DNA from: an uncultured delta proteobacterium
GTDB taxonomy: Bacteria > Desulfobacterota > Binatia > UBA9968
Assembly (NCBI GenBank): GCA_963760795.1
Contig: CAVXEP010000015.1
Span: forward strand, 106,239 to 170,238
Direction: 5' to 3'
DNA: 64,000 nucleotides
The notes under the pieces are model-generated. The model made no database searches. It saw nothing but the letters and a program-made list of their open reading frames with translations, and was not told where the DNA came from. This document shows, piece by piece, positions 1-10,239 of this stretch. Position 1 is the first letter of the stretch. Each line of letters opens with the position of its first letter. A program made the position numbers and the translations under genes.

Positions 1-245
1 TTGCTACTCAAACCTTCGATGGTCTCGATCGCGCAACCGTCCACGTCGACAGCTAACATCGAACAAGCGCTCACCGGCTTGCCATCGACCAACAACGTGC
101 ACGCACCGCAAACTTGGATATCGCAGCCCAACTTCGCGCCGGTGAGCCCAAACTGCTCCCGCACTAAGTCCAGCAGCGTCGTGCGCGCTTCGACTTCCAC
201 GCTACGCTCGCTGCCGTTAACTTTGAGTGAAATAGTTTTTTTCAT
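1..245 (-). CDS. CoxS/CutS-type (2Fe-2S) small subunit of a molybdenum hydroxylase, truncated at the window edge
   Basis: Hand translation from ATG 245: MKKTISLKVNGSERSVEVEARTTLLDLVREQFGLTGAKLGCDIQVCGACTLLVDGKPVSAC; GC-x4-CGAC iron-sulfur motif; directly follows the CoxM-like gene. Confidence 0.9.
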   Translation of the reverse strand, partial: MKKTISLKVNGSERSVEVEARTTLLDLVREQFGLTGAKLGCDIQVCGACTLLVDGKPVSACSMLAVDVDGCAIETIEGLSS

Positions 246-254
246 GATTTCGAA

Positions 255-1127
255 TCAAATTTGTGAAGCACCTTCATTCGCTTTCATCGCCGCGCGCTTC
301 ACTAACGTCTTCACGATCGCGCGCTTGTAATGCTCCGAGCCGCGCAGATCGCTCGTGGGGCTGCATTCTTGCGACGCGAGCGAACCTGCTTCTTCCGCTA
401 ACTGCGGCGTGAGTTTTTTTCCATTGATCAACGCCTCGGCATTGCGCGCGCGCACCGGCGTCGCGCCGACACAGCCAAGCACGATGCGCGCGGTCTGAAT
501 CGTCGCATCCGAATTCACTGTCAGCCGCACCGCCACGCCTGCGCACGGCTTGTCGACCACCGAGCTGCTGGAGAAGCGAATGTATTCGATGCCCGAACGC
601 GCAGGCAGCGGCGGCAACACAACATGGGTAAGAATCTCGTCTTCTGCCAAGCTGGTCGTGTAAAAGTCGAGAAACAGTTCTTCAACCGCAATCGTTCTCG
701 GTCCATTGGGACCGGCAATTTTAACCTTGCCGTCGAGGGCGATAAAGATTTGCGCTAGATCCGTCAGCGCCTCGCCGGAAGCGAGATTGCCGCCCACCGT
801 GCCCATGTTGCGCACGCGGATGTTGGCGACTTCCCGTTCCGCCGCGCACAGCACGGGACATTGTTCTTGCACCAGCGCGGAAGTTTCGAGCTCGCGGTGG
901 GTCACCAGCGCGCCGATGGCCAAGCCTTCACTTGCATCGAAGCGGATGCCTTTAAGCTCGGCAATCTTTTTGATGTTGATTAGTGACGCCGGTTCCAACA
1001 ATCCCTGCTTCATGAGAATGGTCAGATGCGCGCCGCCGGCAAAGACTTTCGCGTCACTGCCATGCTGCTTGAGCAGCGCACACGCCTCGGCTACAGTCTG
1101 CGGTTCCAGGTAGTCGAAGTTTTTCAT
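255..1127 (-). CDS. CoxM/CutM-type FAD-binding medium subunit (xanthine dehydrogenase family)
   Basis: FDYLEP start, AGGAHL, IRVRNMGTVGGNL and PTSDLRGSEHYKR motifs. Confidence 0.92.
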   Translation of the reverse strand: MKNFDYLEPQTVAEACALLKQHGSDAKVFAGGAHLTILMKQGLLEPASLINIKKIAELKGIRFDASEGLAIGALVTHRELETSALVQEQCPVLCAAEREVANIRVRNMGTVGGNLASGEALTDLAQIFIALDGKVKIAGPNGPRTIAVEELFLDFYTTSLAEDEILTHVVLPPLPARSGIEYIRFSSSSVVDKPCAGVAVRLTVNSDATIQTARIVLGCVGATPVRARNAEALINGKKLTPQLAEEAGSLASQECSPTSDLRGSEHYKRAIVKTLVKRAAMKANEGASQI

Positions 1128-1152
1128 TGATGGTCAGTCGGATTAAGATCAT

Positions 1153-1242
1153 CTCTCGCAAAGGCACCAAGGCGCGAAGTCATAACGAAGAATAATTTTT
1201 GCTAGTTTTCCGACCTTGGCGTCTTTGCGTCTTTGGCGAGAG
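1153..1242. repeat. Palindromic intergenic element (CGCAAAGG/CCAAGG arms and their inverted copies)
   Basis: ctctcgcaaaggcaccaaggcgcgaag ... cttggcgtctttgcgtctttggcgagag. Confidence 0.75.
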
Positions 1243-1259
1243 TAATTCCTTTTCCGATA

Positions 1260-2606
1260 TTATATATACTTCACCTGATCGACGCCGGGGATCTCGACCT
1301 TCTCGAAGCGCCAGTGTTCTTTCAACGGCGCGGTGGCGTCGATGCCCATGCCCGCGGTGACCCGCGCTTCGGGGCAGGATGGGTCGAGGGTCGAGCAGGC
1401 GATGCGCGGGATGACGATTAAATCCTTATCCGCCTGAAAGCGCGTCGCCATCGCCCAGTCGACTTGCATCGGATCGAAGGGATCGATGTCGTCGTCGACG
1501 ACGATCACTTGCTTCAAACCGATGCCCATGGACAACAGCGCGAGAATGACGTTGCGCCCTTCGTTCTCCGCGCGCTTCTTGATCGCCACCACGACATGAT
1601 GGCGAAACGTCCCGCCCGGCGTCATGTTGACGCCTTTGACTTCCGGGACGATTTTTTTCACTTCACGATGGACCACCGCGGCGTTGCCGTATTCGATCAG
1701 CGTGTGGTTTTCCGTCACCGGCATGCCGGTGAGCGCGGTCTGCCAGATCGGCTGCTTGCGCATGGTGATCGCGGTCACCTTCAACACTGGCGCCTGCTTG
1801 GCGTCGCTATAACAGCCGGGATACTCACCGTAAGGACCGTCCGGCACGCGCTCGCCGGGGATCGTCACGCCTTCGATGATCACCTCCGCCATGGCCGGCA
1901 CTTCGACATCGATGGTTTCGCATTTCACCAGCTTCACCGCGCCGCCGCGCAGGCCACCGGCGACGTGAAATTCGTCGATGCCGTAGGGCACCCGTGCTTG
2001 CGACGCAACGACGATCGACGGCTCCACCCCCACTGCGGTGGCGACCGCCAATCCCTTGCCATTTTCCTCGGCCTTCAAAATCATCCGGCCGAGATGGTGG
2101 TCGGCCGGCGCCCAGAGCGATAACTTGTCTTTGCCCAACACCAGCATGCGGTGGACGGAAAGATTGCGAATGCCGGTGTCAGGATCTTTGCCGATCTGCA
2201 TGCCGATGGTGACGTAGGGGCCGCAGTCTTTGGTCGCGTGGGTGACGATGGGGAGCTTGGTCAGGTCGATTTGCTCGCCGGTCCATTTGATTTCCTTGCA
2301 CGGACCGGTGGCAACGATCTCAGGCGGGATGCGCTTGTCTTCCAAGGTCATATAGCGCTCGAGCAGCTCGTCCTGCGGCACGCCGAGACCAAGAGCAACG
2401 AGTTTGCGCGTCGCGAACAAACCGCCGAGCACGCGCCAGTCGGGATAGTTTTTCACGTTTTCGAACAGCAGCGCCGGCCCTTCGATGTCCGAGGTCTTGC
2501 GCATGCCCGCGGCGATCTCATGCTTGACGCTGACCTCGTCTTTAACCAGCTTCAACTGCCCCAAGTCTTCCAGGTGGGCGAGAAAGCTTCTTAGATCTTC
2601 AAACAT
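1260..2606 (-). CDS. UbiD-family (prFMN-dependent) decarboxylase
   Basis: DLRSFL start, ALLFENVK, RNLSVHRM, DGPYGEYPG, VIVVDDDID, LDPS, GIDAT. Confidence 0.93.
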   Translation of the reverse strand: MFEDLRSFLAHLEDLGQLKLVKDEVSVKHEIAAGMRKTSDIEGPALLFENVKNYPDWRVLGGLFATRKLVALGLGVPQDELLERYMTLEDKRIPPEIVATGPCKEIKWTGEQIDLTKLPIVTHATKDCGPYVTIGMQIGKDPDTGIRNLSVHRMLVLGKDKLSLWAPADHHLGRMILKAEENGKGLAVATAVGVEPSIVVASQARVPYGIDEFHVAGGLRGGAVKLVKCETIDVEVPAMAEVIIEGVTIPGERVPDGPYGEYPGCYSDAKQAPVLKVTAITMRKQPIWQTALTGMPVTENHTLIEYGNAAVVHREVKKIVPEVKGVNMTPGGTFRHHVVVAIKKRAENEGRNVILALLSMGIGLKQVIVVDDDIDPFDPMQVDWAMATRFQADKDLIVIPRIACSTLDPSCPEARVTAGMGIDATAPLKEHWRFEKVEIPGVDQVKYI

Positions 2607-2628
2607 GGAAACCCCTCAAACTTCCAAA

Positions 2629-2716
2629 TTGGAGTGGTGGAGTATTGGAGTGATGGAATGTTGGGTAGGAAATCCGGAACCCATTACTCCAACACTCCAG
2701 TACTCCATTACTCCAA
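2629..2716. repeat. Inverted array of 8-mer repeats (TGGAGTRN x4 / NACTCCA x4)
   Basis: ttggagtggtggagtattggagtgatggaatgttggg ... cccattactccaacactccagtactccattactccaa. Confidence 0.85.
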
Positions 2717-2719
2717 CCT

Positions 2720-3703
2720 TCAGCCCATCCGCAACAGCGGCAGCACTTCGTCGACAAATCGCTTCACCTGCCCCGGCTGATCCTGAGCGGTGAAACGCAG
2801 CACCGGCGTGGTGATACCCATGTCGAGCCATTGTTGGATTAATTTCGCGCAATCTTTCGGCGCACCGTGAGCGAGCCAGACCTTGATCAGGCTATCCGGC
2901 GGATAGTTCGGACCGTAATAATGATTGAAGTAATCCTTGGACTGCTGATAAGCCAATGCCCTGTCGTCGTTGATGTTGACCATGCCGTGGATGGCAACTT
3001 CAAAGTTGGACAAATCCTTGCCAATCTCCTGGGCAGTCTGCTCAATAACTATCAGACGCTTGGCCAATTCTTCGGCAGTGACGCCCATGGTAATGTAACC
3101 GTCGGCGAGGCGACCGACGCGACGCATCGCTTGATCAACGATGCTGTCGCCCACCTGCTCACGGTCGGGACTGACAGCGATCCAGATCGGCGGCGGCTTT
3201 TGTACCGGCTTGGGCACGATGTTGTAGTCGTCGAGAGTGTAATACTTGCCGTGAAACGAAGTATTCCGGTCGCTCCAAATCTGCCGCAACAGCTCGATCC
3301 CTTCGCGCATGCGGCCGACCCGTTCTTCTTTTTTCACGCCGAAAGCGCGCAGCTCGCCGTCATGACCGCCGCCGATGCAGACACCGAGCAGCGAGCGGCC
3401 TTGAGAGAGCTGGTCCAACGACGCCCACTGAATCGCCAACAAGACCGGATGACGCACCGGGAACGACGCCATGCAAATGGTGCCGAGCCGAACCTTCTTG
3501 GTATGGGTCGCCACCGCCGCGAGCATGGTAATTGCTTCAAGCCGTGGTTTATGAATCAAACTATCGCCAAACCATACCGACTCGAAGACACCGGATTGCT
3601 CAGCCAGGACCGCAGTGTGAATCAGTTCCTCGACGTCGGTGAGACCGAACAGCGCGCCACGGTTGGGCAGGCTGATGCCCCATTTCACCGGCAGCTTAAC
3701 CAT
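2720..3703 (-). CDS. LLM-class flavin/F420-dependent oxidoreductase
   Basis: GVFESVWFGDS, LAAVATHTKKVRLGT, ASLDQLSQGR, PKPVQKPPPIWIA. Confidence 0.9.
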   Translation of the reverse strand: MVKLPVKWGISLPNRGALFGLTDVEELIHTAVLAEQSGVFESVWFGDSLIHKPRLEAITMLAAVATHTKKVRLGTICMASFPVRHPVLLAIQWASLDQLSQGRSLLGVCIGGGHDGELRAFGVKKEERVGRMREGIELLRQIWSDRNTSFHGKYYTLDDYNIVPKPVQKPPPIWIAVSPDREQVGDSIVDQAMRRVGRLADGYITMGVTAEELAKRLIVIEQTAQEIGKDLSNFEVAIHGMVNINDDRALAYQQSKDYFNHYYGPNYPPDSLIKVWLAHGAPKDCAKLIQQWLDMGITTPVLRFTAQDQPGQVKRFVDEVLPLLRMG

Positions 3704-3852
3704 GGCTTTGTGTTAGAAGAACCGTCACAGGGAGTCAAGCCAATCTTGGCTTGACAGAAACAGACATTTGCGAGCATAGCATACTCAGCGCGCTCGCCCG
3801 CGACGGCCAGCGTTCAGCGATTTTCACCTCAAGAAACCGGAGGTTCATGGCC

Positions 3853-5286
3853 ATGTCAAAAGATCTGCGCAGTTATCTCGATGAGTTGTTGGAGAAGCGT
3901 CCCAAGGATGTCGTCGTCGTCGACAAGGAAGTCGATCCGGTTTACGAAGTCACCGCCATCGTCGAAAAATTTGAACGTGAGAATAAATTCCCCTTGGTGT
4001 TTTTCAAAAACGTCAAGGGTTCCAAGATCCCGGCGATCGTCAACCTCGGCGCCACCTACGAGCGCTTGGCCTTGGCGCTCGGTTCGCCCAACGTGCCGCA
4101 AATGGTCCGAGACCTGGCCCATCGGGAACATAACCCGCGGCCGGTAAAAGAAGTCGCCGCCAAGGACGCTCCTTGTAAAGAAGTAATCCTCAAAGGCGAT
4201 CAAGTCGACCTCGATCTGTTCCCCGTCTTGACCCATAACGAAGGCGATGCCGGCGCCTACATCAACGCCGCGGCGTTGATCTGCAAAGAACGTGGCACCG
4301 GCGCGGTGAACGTCGGCATCTATCGCCATCAAAAACAGGGCAAACGACAACTCGGCTTGATGGTCAATCCGGCCAACCATGCCAACTACGTGCGCGCCGA
4401 ATACGAAGATCACAACGAGCCGATGGAAGTCGCGCTCTGCATCGGCCACCATCCGGCGCTCAACATGGCGGCGGTCAGCAAGCAAGCCGGCGTCGGTTCC
4501 GAACTGGAGATCGCCGGCGCATTCCTCGGTGAGCCCTTGGAAGTCGTTAAAGCCGAGACCGTCAATCTGCTGGTGCCGGCCCATTGCGAGATCATCATCG
4601 AAGGCATCGTGCCGCCCAAGAAGCGCCATTACGAAGGCCCATTCGGTGAATGGCCGCACTACTATTACAAGGAGGGCGAGCAGCCCTACATCGAGGTGAC
4701 CGCCATCACCATGAAGAAAAATCCGATCTACCAGAGCATTCACAGCGCCCACATCGAACACAACATCATCGGCGCCGCGCCGCGGCTCGGCAGTCTGCTC
4801 AAACGGGTGCAAGAAGTCGTGCCCAGCACCACTGCGGTCAACCTGCCGATCTCCGGCGCCGCCCGCTCGCATTGCTACATCTCGGTGAAAAAACGCGCCG
4901 AGGGGGATCCCAAGCAAGCAGCCCTGGGCGCCATCGTCACCGATCCGAATATCAAACATGTCATCGTCGTCGACGACGATGTCGATGTCTTCAACGAAAA
5001 CCAAGTGCTGTGGGCATTGGCGATGCGGTTCCAAGCCGACCGCGACTTGGTGATCATCCCGAACATCATCGGCTCGCACTTGAACCCCACCGCCTACGGC
5101 TACAACCGTATGGAGCGCGGCCCGATGGAGACCAAACTAATTTTCGACGCCACCAAACCGCTGCCGCCCTACGACTTCCCCAAAGAAGCCCAGGCGCCTG
5201 ACGCGGTATTGAACAAGATCGATCTTAATCGCGACACCCGCCCCTACGAGCCGGGCAAGGACGACAAAATCATCACGGGCAAGTAG
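3853..5286 (+). CDS. UbiD-family decarboxylase (second paralogue)
   Basis: KDLRSYL, NVGIYRH, EGPFGEW, VIVVDDDVDVF, FDATKP; GGAGG at 3839 supports a start at 3847 or 3853. Confidence 0.93.
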   Translation: MSKDLRSYLDELLEKRPKDVVVVDKEVDPVYEVTAIVEKFERENKFPLVFFKNVKGSKIPAIVNLGATYERLALALGSPNVPQMVRDLAHREHNPRPVKEVAAKDAPCKEVILKGDQVDLDLFPVLTHNEGDAGAYINAAALICKERGTGAVNVGIYRHQKQGKRQLGLMVNPANHANYVRAEYEDHNEPMEVALCIGHHPALNMAAVSKQAGVGSELEIAGAFLGEPLEVVKAETVNLLVPAHCEIIIEGIVPPKKRHYEGPFGEWPHYYYKEGEQPYIEVTAITMKKNPIYQSIHSAHIEHNIIGAAPRLGSLLKRVQEVVPSTTAVNLPISGAARSHCYISVKKRAEGDPKQAALGAIVTDPNIKHVIVVDDDVDVFNENQVLWALAMRFQADRDLVIIPNIIGSHLNPTAYGYNRMERGPMETKLIFDATKPLPPYDFPKEAQAPDAVLNKIDLNRDTRPYEPGKDDKIITGK

Positions 5287-5307
5287 CAGCCGAGTCAATG
5301 ATCGGTA

Positions 5308-5386
5308 TTCCAAATTACAGATTACAAATTCCAAAAGCAGAATCTGGAATATGGAGTCTGGAATATGGAATGTGAAATTTGCAATT
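5308..5386. repeat. Inverted heptamer-repeat element (TTMCARA / TGGAATN)
   Basis: ttccaaattacagattacaaattcc ... ggaatatggagtctggaatatggaatgtgaaattt; the same family recurs at 13763-13959 and 14673-14708. Confidence 0.8.
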
Positions 5387-5405
5387 CCCTGCGCAGCGAG
5401 GACGC

Positions 5406-6194
5406 ATGGTAGAAATCGAGCGGGTCTCGAAAAGTTTTCACAAGACCGTCAAGGAGCACACCACCGAGGTAAAAGCTCTGGCGGAAGTGAATCTTTCGAT
5501 CCGCGCAAACGAGTTTTTGAGCATCATCGGTCCGAGCGGCTGCGGCAAGACGACGCTGCTCAAGATGATCGACGGTCTGATTCCCTACGACAGCGGCAAG
5601 ATTTCCATCGCTGGCAAGCTAGTCACCGCGCCCGGTCCGGACCGCGCCGTAGTCTTTCAAACCTTCGCGCTACTGCCATGGCGCACGGTGTTGGCTAATG
5701 TCGAGTTCAGTCTCGAGCTGCGCCAGATCGGCGCCCAGGAACGCACCGAGATCGCCCGCGATTGCTTGCAGCGCGTCGGCTTGAGCGATTTTGAAACCCA
5801 CTATCCCCACGAGCTCTCCGGCGGCATGCAGCAGCGCGCCGGTCTCGCCCGCGCCCTGGCGGTCAATCCGTCGATCTTGTTGATGGACGAGCCCTTCGGC
5901 GCCGTCGACGCCCAGACCCGCCAGTTATTACAGGAAGAGTTGCTCGAACTCTGGCAGCGCGAGCGCAAGACCGTGATCTTCATCACTCACAGCATGGACG
6001 AAGCGGTCTACCTATCCGACCGCGTCGTCGTCATGACGCCGCGGCCAGGCCATGTCGCCGAAGTCCTCGATGTCCCGCTGGCGCGTCCGCGCAGCGCCGA
6101 AGCAGTCCGGCGCGAGCCCAAGTTCGTCGAGTTGACCAATTACATCTGGGATAGCCTCAAGAAAGCGATGGAGAATGGCCATGCAAGCACGTGA
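5406..6194 (+). CDS. ABC transporter ATP-binding protein (SsuB/TauB/NrtD type)
   Basis: Walker A GPSGCGKT, LSGGMQQR, LLMDEPF, FITH. Confidence 0.95.
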   Translation: MVEIERVSKSFHKTVKEHTTEVKALAEVNLSIRANEFLSIIGPSGCGKTTLLKMIDGLIPYDSGKISIAGKLVTAPGPDRAVVFQTFALLPWRTVLANVEFSLELRQIGAQERTEIARDCLQRVGLSDFETHYPHELSGGMQQRAGLARALAVNPSILLMDEPFGAVDAQTRQLLQEELLELWQRERKTVIFITHSMDEAVYLSDRVVVMTPRPGHVAEVLDVPLARPRSAEAVRREPKFVELTNYIWDSLKKAMENGHAST

Positions 6195-6257
6195 CGCTCG
6201 CTGCCGTCACGAAGGTAAGATTCTGAACCTATGGCGCAATTCGCAAAAGTCCGATTG

Positions 6258-6415
6258 CTGCCATCCCGAGCAGGCGAGGGATCTCGTCTTTTCTGCCACT
6301 TACGAAGACGAGATTCCTCGGCGGAGTTTATCCTGAGCAACGTCGAAGGGCCTCGGAAGGACAGTTGCGACACAGTCTCTTGCGGGAGAAGGTGAGGATG
6401 AGGGTACGACCAATG
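6258..6415. repeat. Composite nested repeat cluster inside the ABC operon
   Basis: ccatcccgagcaggcgagggatctcgtc...gacgagattcctcgg...ctcggaaggaca with an inserted cctgagcaacgtcgaaggg unit; related units near 20813, 22012, 46582 and 50905. Confidence 0.6.
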
Positions 6416-6446
6416 AGGGGTAAGGCAATTGCATAGCCAATTCAAA

Positions 6447-7184
6447 ATGAATGCGCTGTCGATCCTCTCCCTCGCCGCGGTTTGGGAAATCGCCGGGCGC
6501 ATGGCCGACTCGACGCTGATCCCGCCGCTAACGCAAATCGCCGCAGCCTGGTACAAACTATTGCTTGGCGGCAAGCTCCTGCCCAATCTCGGCGCCAGCC
6601 TCTGGACCATGGTCGTCGGCTTTGTCCTGGCGGTCTTAGTCGGCATCGTCATCGGCCTGCTCATGGGCCGCTTCCGCGCCGTCGAGCATTTTCTCGATCT
6701 TTATGTCAACGCCCTGATGTCGGCGCCCACCACCGCCTTCGTGCCCGTGCTGATCCTCTGGTTCGGTCTCGGCGTGCAATCGCGCATCGCCGTGGTCTTT
6801 CTCTTCGCCGTGTTCGTCGTCATCATCAACACCATGACCGGCGTCAAACAGGTCGACCGTGTGCTGCTTGAGATGGCGCGTTCCTTCGGCGCCAGGGAGA
6901 AAGAAACGTTTTTAAAAATCATTCTGCCCGCCGCCATGCCGGCGATCATGGCCGGTGTCCGCCTCGCCATGGGACGCGCGGTCAAAGGCATCGTCACCGC
7001 GGAGATGCTGCTGACCCTCACCGGCATCGGCGCCATGATCATGCAATATGGCTCGGCCTTCGCCACCGACGCGCTGTTCGCCGTGATCTTGACGATTTTA
7101 ATCGTCGCCATGATCGCCATGAAGCTGGTCCAATTGCTCGATCGTCGTCTCACCGGCTGGAAAGTCGAAGTCGCCATTGAATAG
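6447..7184 (+). CDS. ABC transporter permease (SsuC type)
   Basis: Hydrophobic helices; EMARSFGA EAA-like loop; ILPAAMP. Confidence 0.93.
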   Translation: MNALSILSLAAVWEIAGRMADSTLIPPLTQIAAAWYKLLLGGKLLPNLGASLWTMVVGFVLAVLVGIVIGLLMGRFRAVEHFLDLYVNALMSAPTTAFVPVLILWFGLGVQSRIAVVFLFAVFVVIINTMTGVKQVDRVLLEMARSFGAREKETFLKIILPAAMPAIMAGVRLAMGRAVKGIVTAEMLLTLTGIGAMIMQYGSAFATDALFAVILTILIVAMIAMKLVQLLDRRLTGWKVEVAIE

Positions 7185-7208
7185 TCGATTAAACCAGGAG
7201 GGATTCCT

Positions 7209-8192
7209 ATGACCAGGTCACTCGTAAGATTATCCGCCCTACTGATCGTGCTTGCCGTCGGAGTCGCGATGACCGGACCGGCACAAGCGCAGAAAAAAGT
7301 CCGCTTCGCTTACCCATCGTCGGCCGACATGGGTGACGTACCGTCACTGCTCGCTTGGGAACAGCTCAAGAAACAGGGCATCGAAGTGGTGCCGGTTTTT
7401 TTCCCGAGAACCGATCTCGCCGTCCAAGCGGTGGTCGCCGGCGAAGCCGATATTGGCTCCGCCGCCGGCATCGCCGTCATCAAGGCGGTGGAAAGCGGCA
7501 TGAACGTCAGGGTAATCGGCGAACAAGTGCGCAACGAATGGCAACTGGTAACGCCGGTGTCGATCAAAGACCCCAAGCAGCTCGACGGCAAGCGGGTCGG
7601 TTACCATGCGCCGATCACCGTCACCGAGGCGCTGGTCAAATGGATGGCGCAGCACTACAAGATCGCGCCCAACTGGCTGATTATTCCCGGCTCGGATGTG
7701 CGCGCCGAAGCGATCATGCGCGGCCAGCTCGACGCCACCCCGGCGGAGATCGTCGACGTGCTGAATATTTTGAACGCCAAGCCCGGCCAGTTTCATGTCT
7801 TAATCTCTTACGCCAAGATCTTCCCGCAACTGATCGGCTCCATGTACTTTGCCCGCGCCGATTACTTGCAAAAAGAAAGCGCCGCCGTCGATAGCGTGAT
7901 GGAAGCGCTCCTGCGCGCCCACCGCAACGCCGAAGAACGGCCGGCGTCGGTGCGCGAAAACGCGCTCAGGCTGCTGCCCGAGACCAAACCTGAACTGATC
8001 GACGCCATCGCTGCGAATTACAAAGACCTGCGCATCTGGGATATCAACGGCGGCGCCGGTAAAGAGCGCGGCGATGCCAGCATCAAGTTTTTCGAGGATG
8101 CCGGACTGCTGAAGAAAGGCGCGGTGAGCTTCGCGCAATCCTTCGACACCGGCTCCCTCGACCGCGTGCTCAAGAAGATCGGCCGAAAATAA
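7209..8192 (+). CDS. ABC transporter substrate-binding protein (NMT1/SsuA-like)
   Basis: Signal peptide ending AQA, AVQAVVAGEADIG, LDGKRVG; operon context. Confidence 0.9.
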   Translation: MTRSLVRLSALLIVLAVGVAMTGPAQAQKKVRFAYPSSADMGDVPSLLAWEQLKKQGIEVVPVFFPRTDLAVQAVVAGEADIGSAAGIAVIKAVESGMNVRVIGEQVRNEWQLVTPVSIKDPKQLDGKRVGYHAPITVTEALVKWMAQHYKIAPNWLIIPGSDVRAEAIMRGQLDATPAEIVDVLNILNAKPGQFHVLISYAKIFPQLIGSMYFARADYLQKESAAVDSVMEALLRAHRNAEERPASVRENALRLLPETKPELIDAIAANYKDLRIWDINGGAGKERGDASIKFFEDAGLLKKGAVSFAQSFDTGSLDRVLKKIGRK

Positions 8193-8273
8193 ACGCTCGC
8201 ATCGATTCACGACCGCATGTGACGCATTCGCAAGGGCGGGTTTGAAACCCGCCCTTGCATGGGCGACGACGAA

Positions 8274-9017
8274 ATGAAACCCAACACGCTCAGACTGCTC
8301 TCCCTCATCACCCTTGGCGCGGCCTGGGAGATCGCCGGCCGCACCGGCAACGCCCGCTTGCTGCCGCCGATCTCGAAAGTCCTGAGCGCGTGGTTCGACC
8401 TGCTCGTCTCCGGCCAACTCTTTCAAGCCCTCGGCGTAAGCTTGCAGGCGCTCACCATCGGTTTCGTTCTCTCGGTACTGTTCGGTGTCCCGCTGGGGTT
8501 GCTCATGGGCCGCTACCGCCGGCTCGAAGCTTTTCTCGATATCTACATGACCGCCCTGCTCACGGTGCCGATGATTTCGTTCATCCCATTTTTAGTCATC
8601 GCCTTCGGCCTCGGCCTCCACTCGCGAGTCTGGATCGTTTTTCTGTTCGCCTTCGTCATCATCGCCATCAACACCACCGCCGGCGTGCGCAACGTCGATC
8701 CGACGCTGACCGAAATGGCCAAGTCCTTCGGCGCCAAAGAGAGTGAGCTATTTTTAAAAATTATCCTGCCCGCCGCTCTGCCGATGATCATGGCCGGAAT
8801 TCGTCTCGGCATGGGACGCGCGGTGTTGGGCATGGTCACCAGCGAAATGATTCTCGCCGTGGTCGGCTTTGGCGCCATGCTGATGACTTTTAGCGCGTCG
8901 TTCAATTCGGCGGCGCTGTTTGCGACGATTCTGACGATTGTCCTGCTCGCCGTGGCATTGTTGGCATTGATTCAAAACCTCGACCGCCGTTTAACGCCCT
9001 GGCGTGCGGCCGCGTGA
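8274..9017 (+). CDS. ABC transporter permease
   Basis: Paralogue of 6447-7184; EMAKSFGA, ILPAALP; preceded by the hairpin caagggcgggtttgaaacccgcccttg. Confidence 0.92.
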   Translation: MKPNTLRLLSLITLGAAWEIAGRTGNARLLPPISKVLSAWFDLLVSGQLFQALGVSLQALTIGFVLSVLFGVPLGLLMGRYRRLEAFLDIYMTALLTVPMISFIPFLVIAFGLGLHSRVWIVFLFAFVIIAINTTAGVRNVDPTLTEMAKSFGAKESELFLKIILPAALPMIMAGIRLGMGRAVLGMVTSEMILAVVGFGAMLMTFSASFNSAALFATILTIVLLAVALLALIQNLDRRLTPWRAAA

Positions 9018-9112
9018 GGCTTTTTAAATCCGCCGACTTGGGTTACAGATGCACCGAGGCCACGGGCCGGCGTTTACCGGTGAATCAGCCCATCCCTGGA
9101 GATTATTTCGTG

Positions 9113-10120
9113 ATGAAAAATCGCATCTTGAATAGACCGCTCTCGCTCCTTTGCGCATTCATGGCAATTTCGCTGGCGCATTCTCATGCCGGGGCGCAAA
9201 CGCCAATGGAGAAACTGCGCGTCGCCTACACCGTCATCGCGCCGACCCAGGCGACCGTCTGGACCGCCAAAGACCTGGGCCTGTTTGCCAAGCACGGACT
9301 CGACGTAGATTTGGTCCTGCTCGTCGGCGCGCCGCTGGCCATCGCCGCCCTGGTCTCGGGGGAAACACCGATCGTCCATGCCGGAGCTTCCGCAGTGGTC
9401 ACCAGCAACCTGCAAGGGTCCGGCACCGTGCTGGTTGCGGGCGGGGCCAATCGCTTTCCCTACGTGCTTTTCGTCACCGACGAGATCAAACGAGTGGAAG
9501 ACCTGAGAGGCAAGAAATTTGGCGTCAGCCGCATCGGCAGCGCCGATCACGCCGCGGCAACTACCGTTTTCGACAAGCTCGGCGTCAAGGAGACGGAAAT
9601 CACCTACGTGCAAGCCGGCAATATTCCAGCGCGCCTGGCCGCCATGCAGGGGAACGCGCTGCAGGCGAGCTTGCTGCAAGCACCGGAAACGCTCAAGGCC
9701 AAAGAGCTTGGCTTTCGCGCCCTGCTCGATTTCACCAAGCTCGACGTCGAATGGCAGCAAAACGGCGTCGCCGTCACCCGCGACTACATCAAAAAAAGGC
9801 CCGACACCGTGCGCCGCTTCTTGCGAGCTTACGTCGAGGGCAGCCATTACAATCTGACCAATGCCAGGGGCGCACAGAAAATCCTGCAAAAATATCTGGC
9901 GATCAAAGACGAAAAGTCCGTCGAAGAAGCTTACAATGAAATCGTCGTCAAGCTGACCAGACGCGTGCCCTATCCGACCGAGCCCGGCATCCAGCTCTTT
10001 CTCGACCAACTAAAAGTGAAAAACCCCAAAGCCGGCCAGGCCAAACCGAGTGATTTTACCGACGTAAGTTTTTTGAAGGAACTCGAGTCCAGCGGCTACA
10101 TCGACAAGCTGTATAAGTAG
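9113..10120 (+). CDS. ABC transporter substrate-binding protein (NMT1/SsuA-like)
   Basis: Signal peptide, GLFAKHGLDVDLV, DLRGKKFGVSRIGS. Confidence 0.9.
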   Translation: MKNRILNRPLSLLCAFMAISLAHSHAGAQTPMEKLRVAYTVIAPTQATVWTAKDLGLFAKHGLDVDLVLLVGAPLAIAALVSGETPIVHAGASAVVTSNLQGSGTVLVAGGANRFPYVLFVTDEIKRVEDLRGKKFGVSRIGSADHAAATTVFDKLGVKETEITYVQAGNIPARLAAMQGNALQASLLQAPETLKAKELGFRALLDFTKLDVEWQQNGVAVTRDYIKKRPDTVRRFLRAYVEGSHYNLTNARGAQKILQKYLAIKDEKSVEEAYNEIVVKLTRRVPYPTEPGIQLFLDQLKVKNPKAGQAKPSDFTDVSFLKELESSGYIDKLYK

Positions 10121-10134
10121 AATACGCTCAAGTA

Positions 10135-10200
10135 GTTCAAACCGTCCGAATCTTTCGCAACGATTTGAACGCCTTGAAAGTTTTGAACGGCTTGAACGAA
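10135..10200. repeat. 9-mer tandem repeat element (TTGAACGNN)
   Basis: ttcaaaccgtccgaa ... tttgaacgccttgaaagttttgaacggcttgaac; same family at 35609-35661 and 29335-29360. Confidence 0.7.
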
Positions 10201-10239
10201 AACCGTGCAAACGTAAAGCCGTTTGCGAATCCACCAAGG

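Noticed and set aside
3856-5079. Long antisense ORFs (for example 3856-5079, 9074-10009, 56369-57586)
   Set aside because: Shadow frames of high-GC genes with no recognisable motifs.
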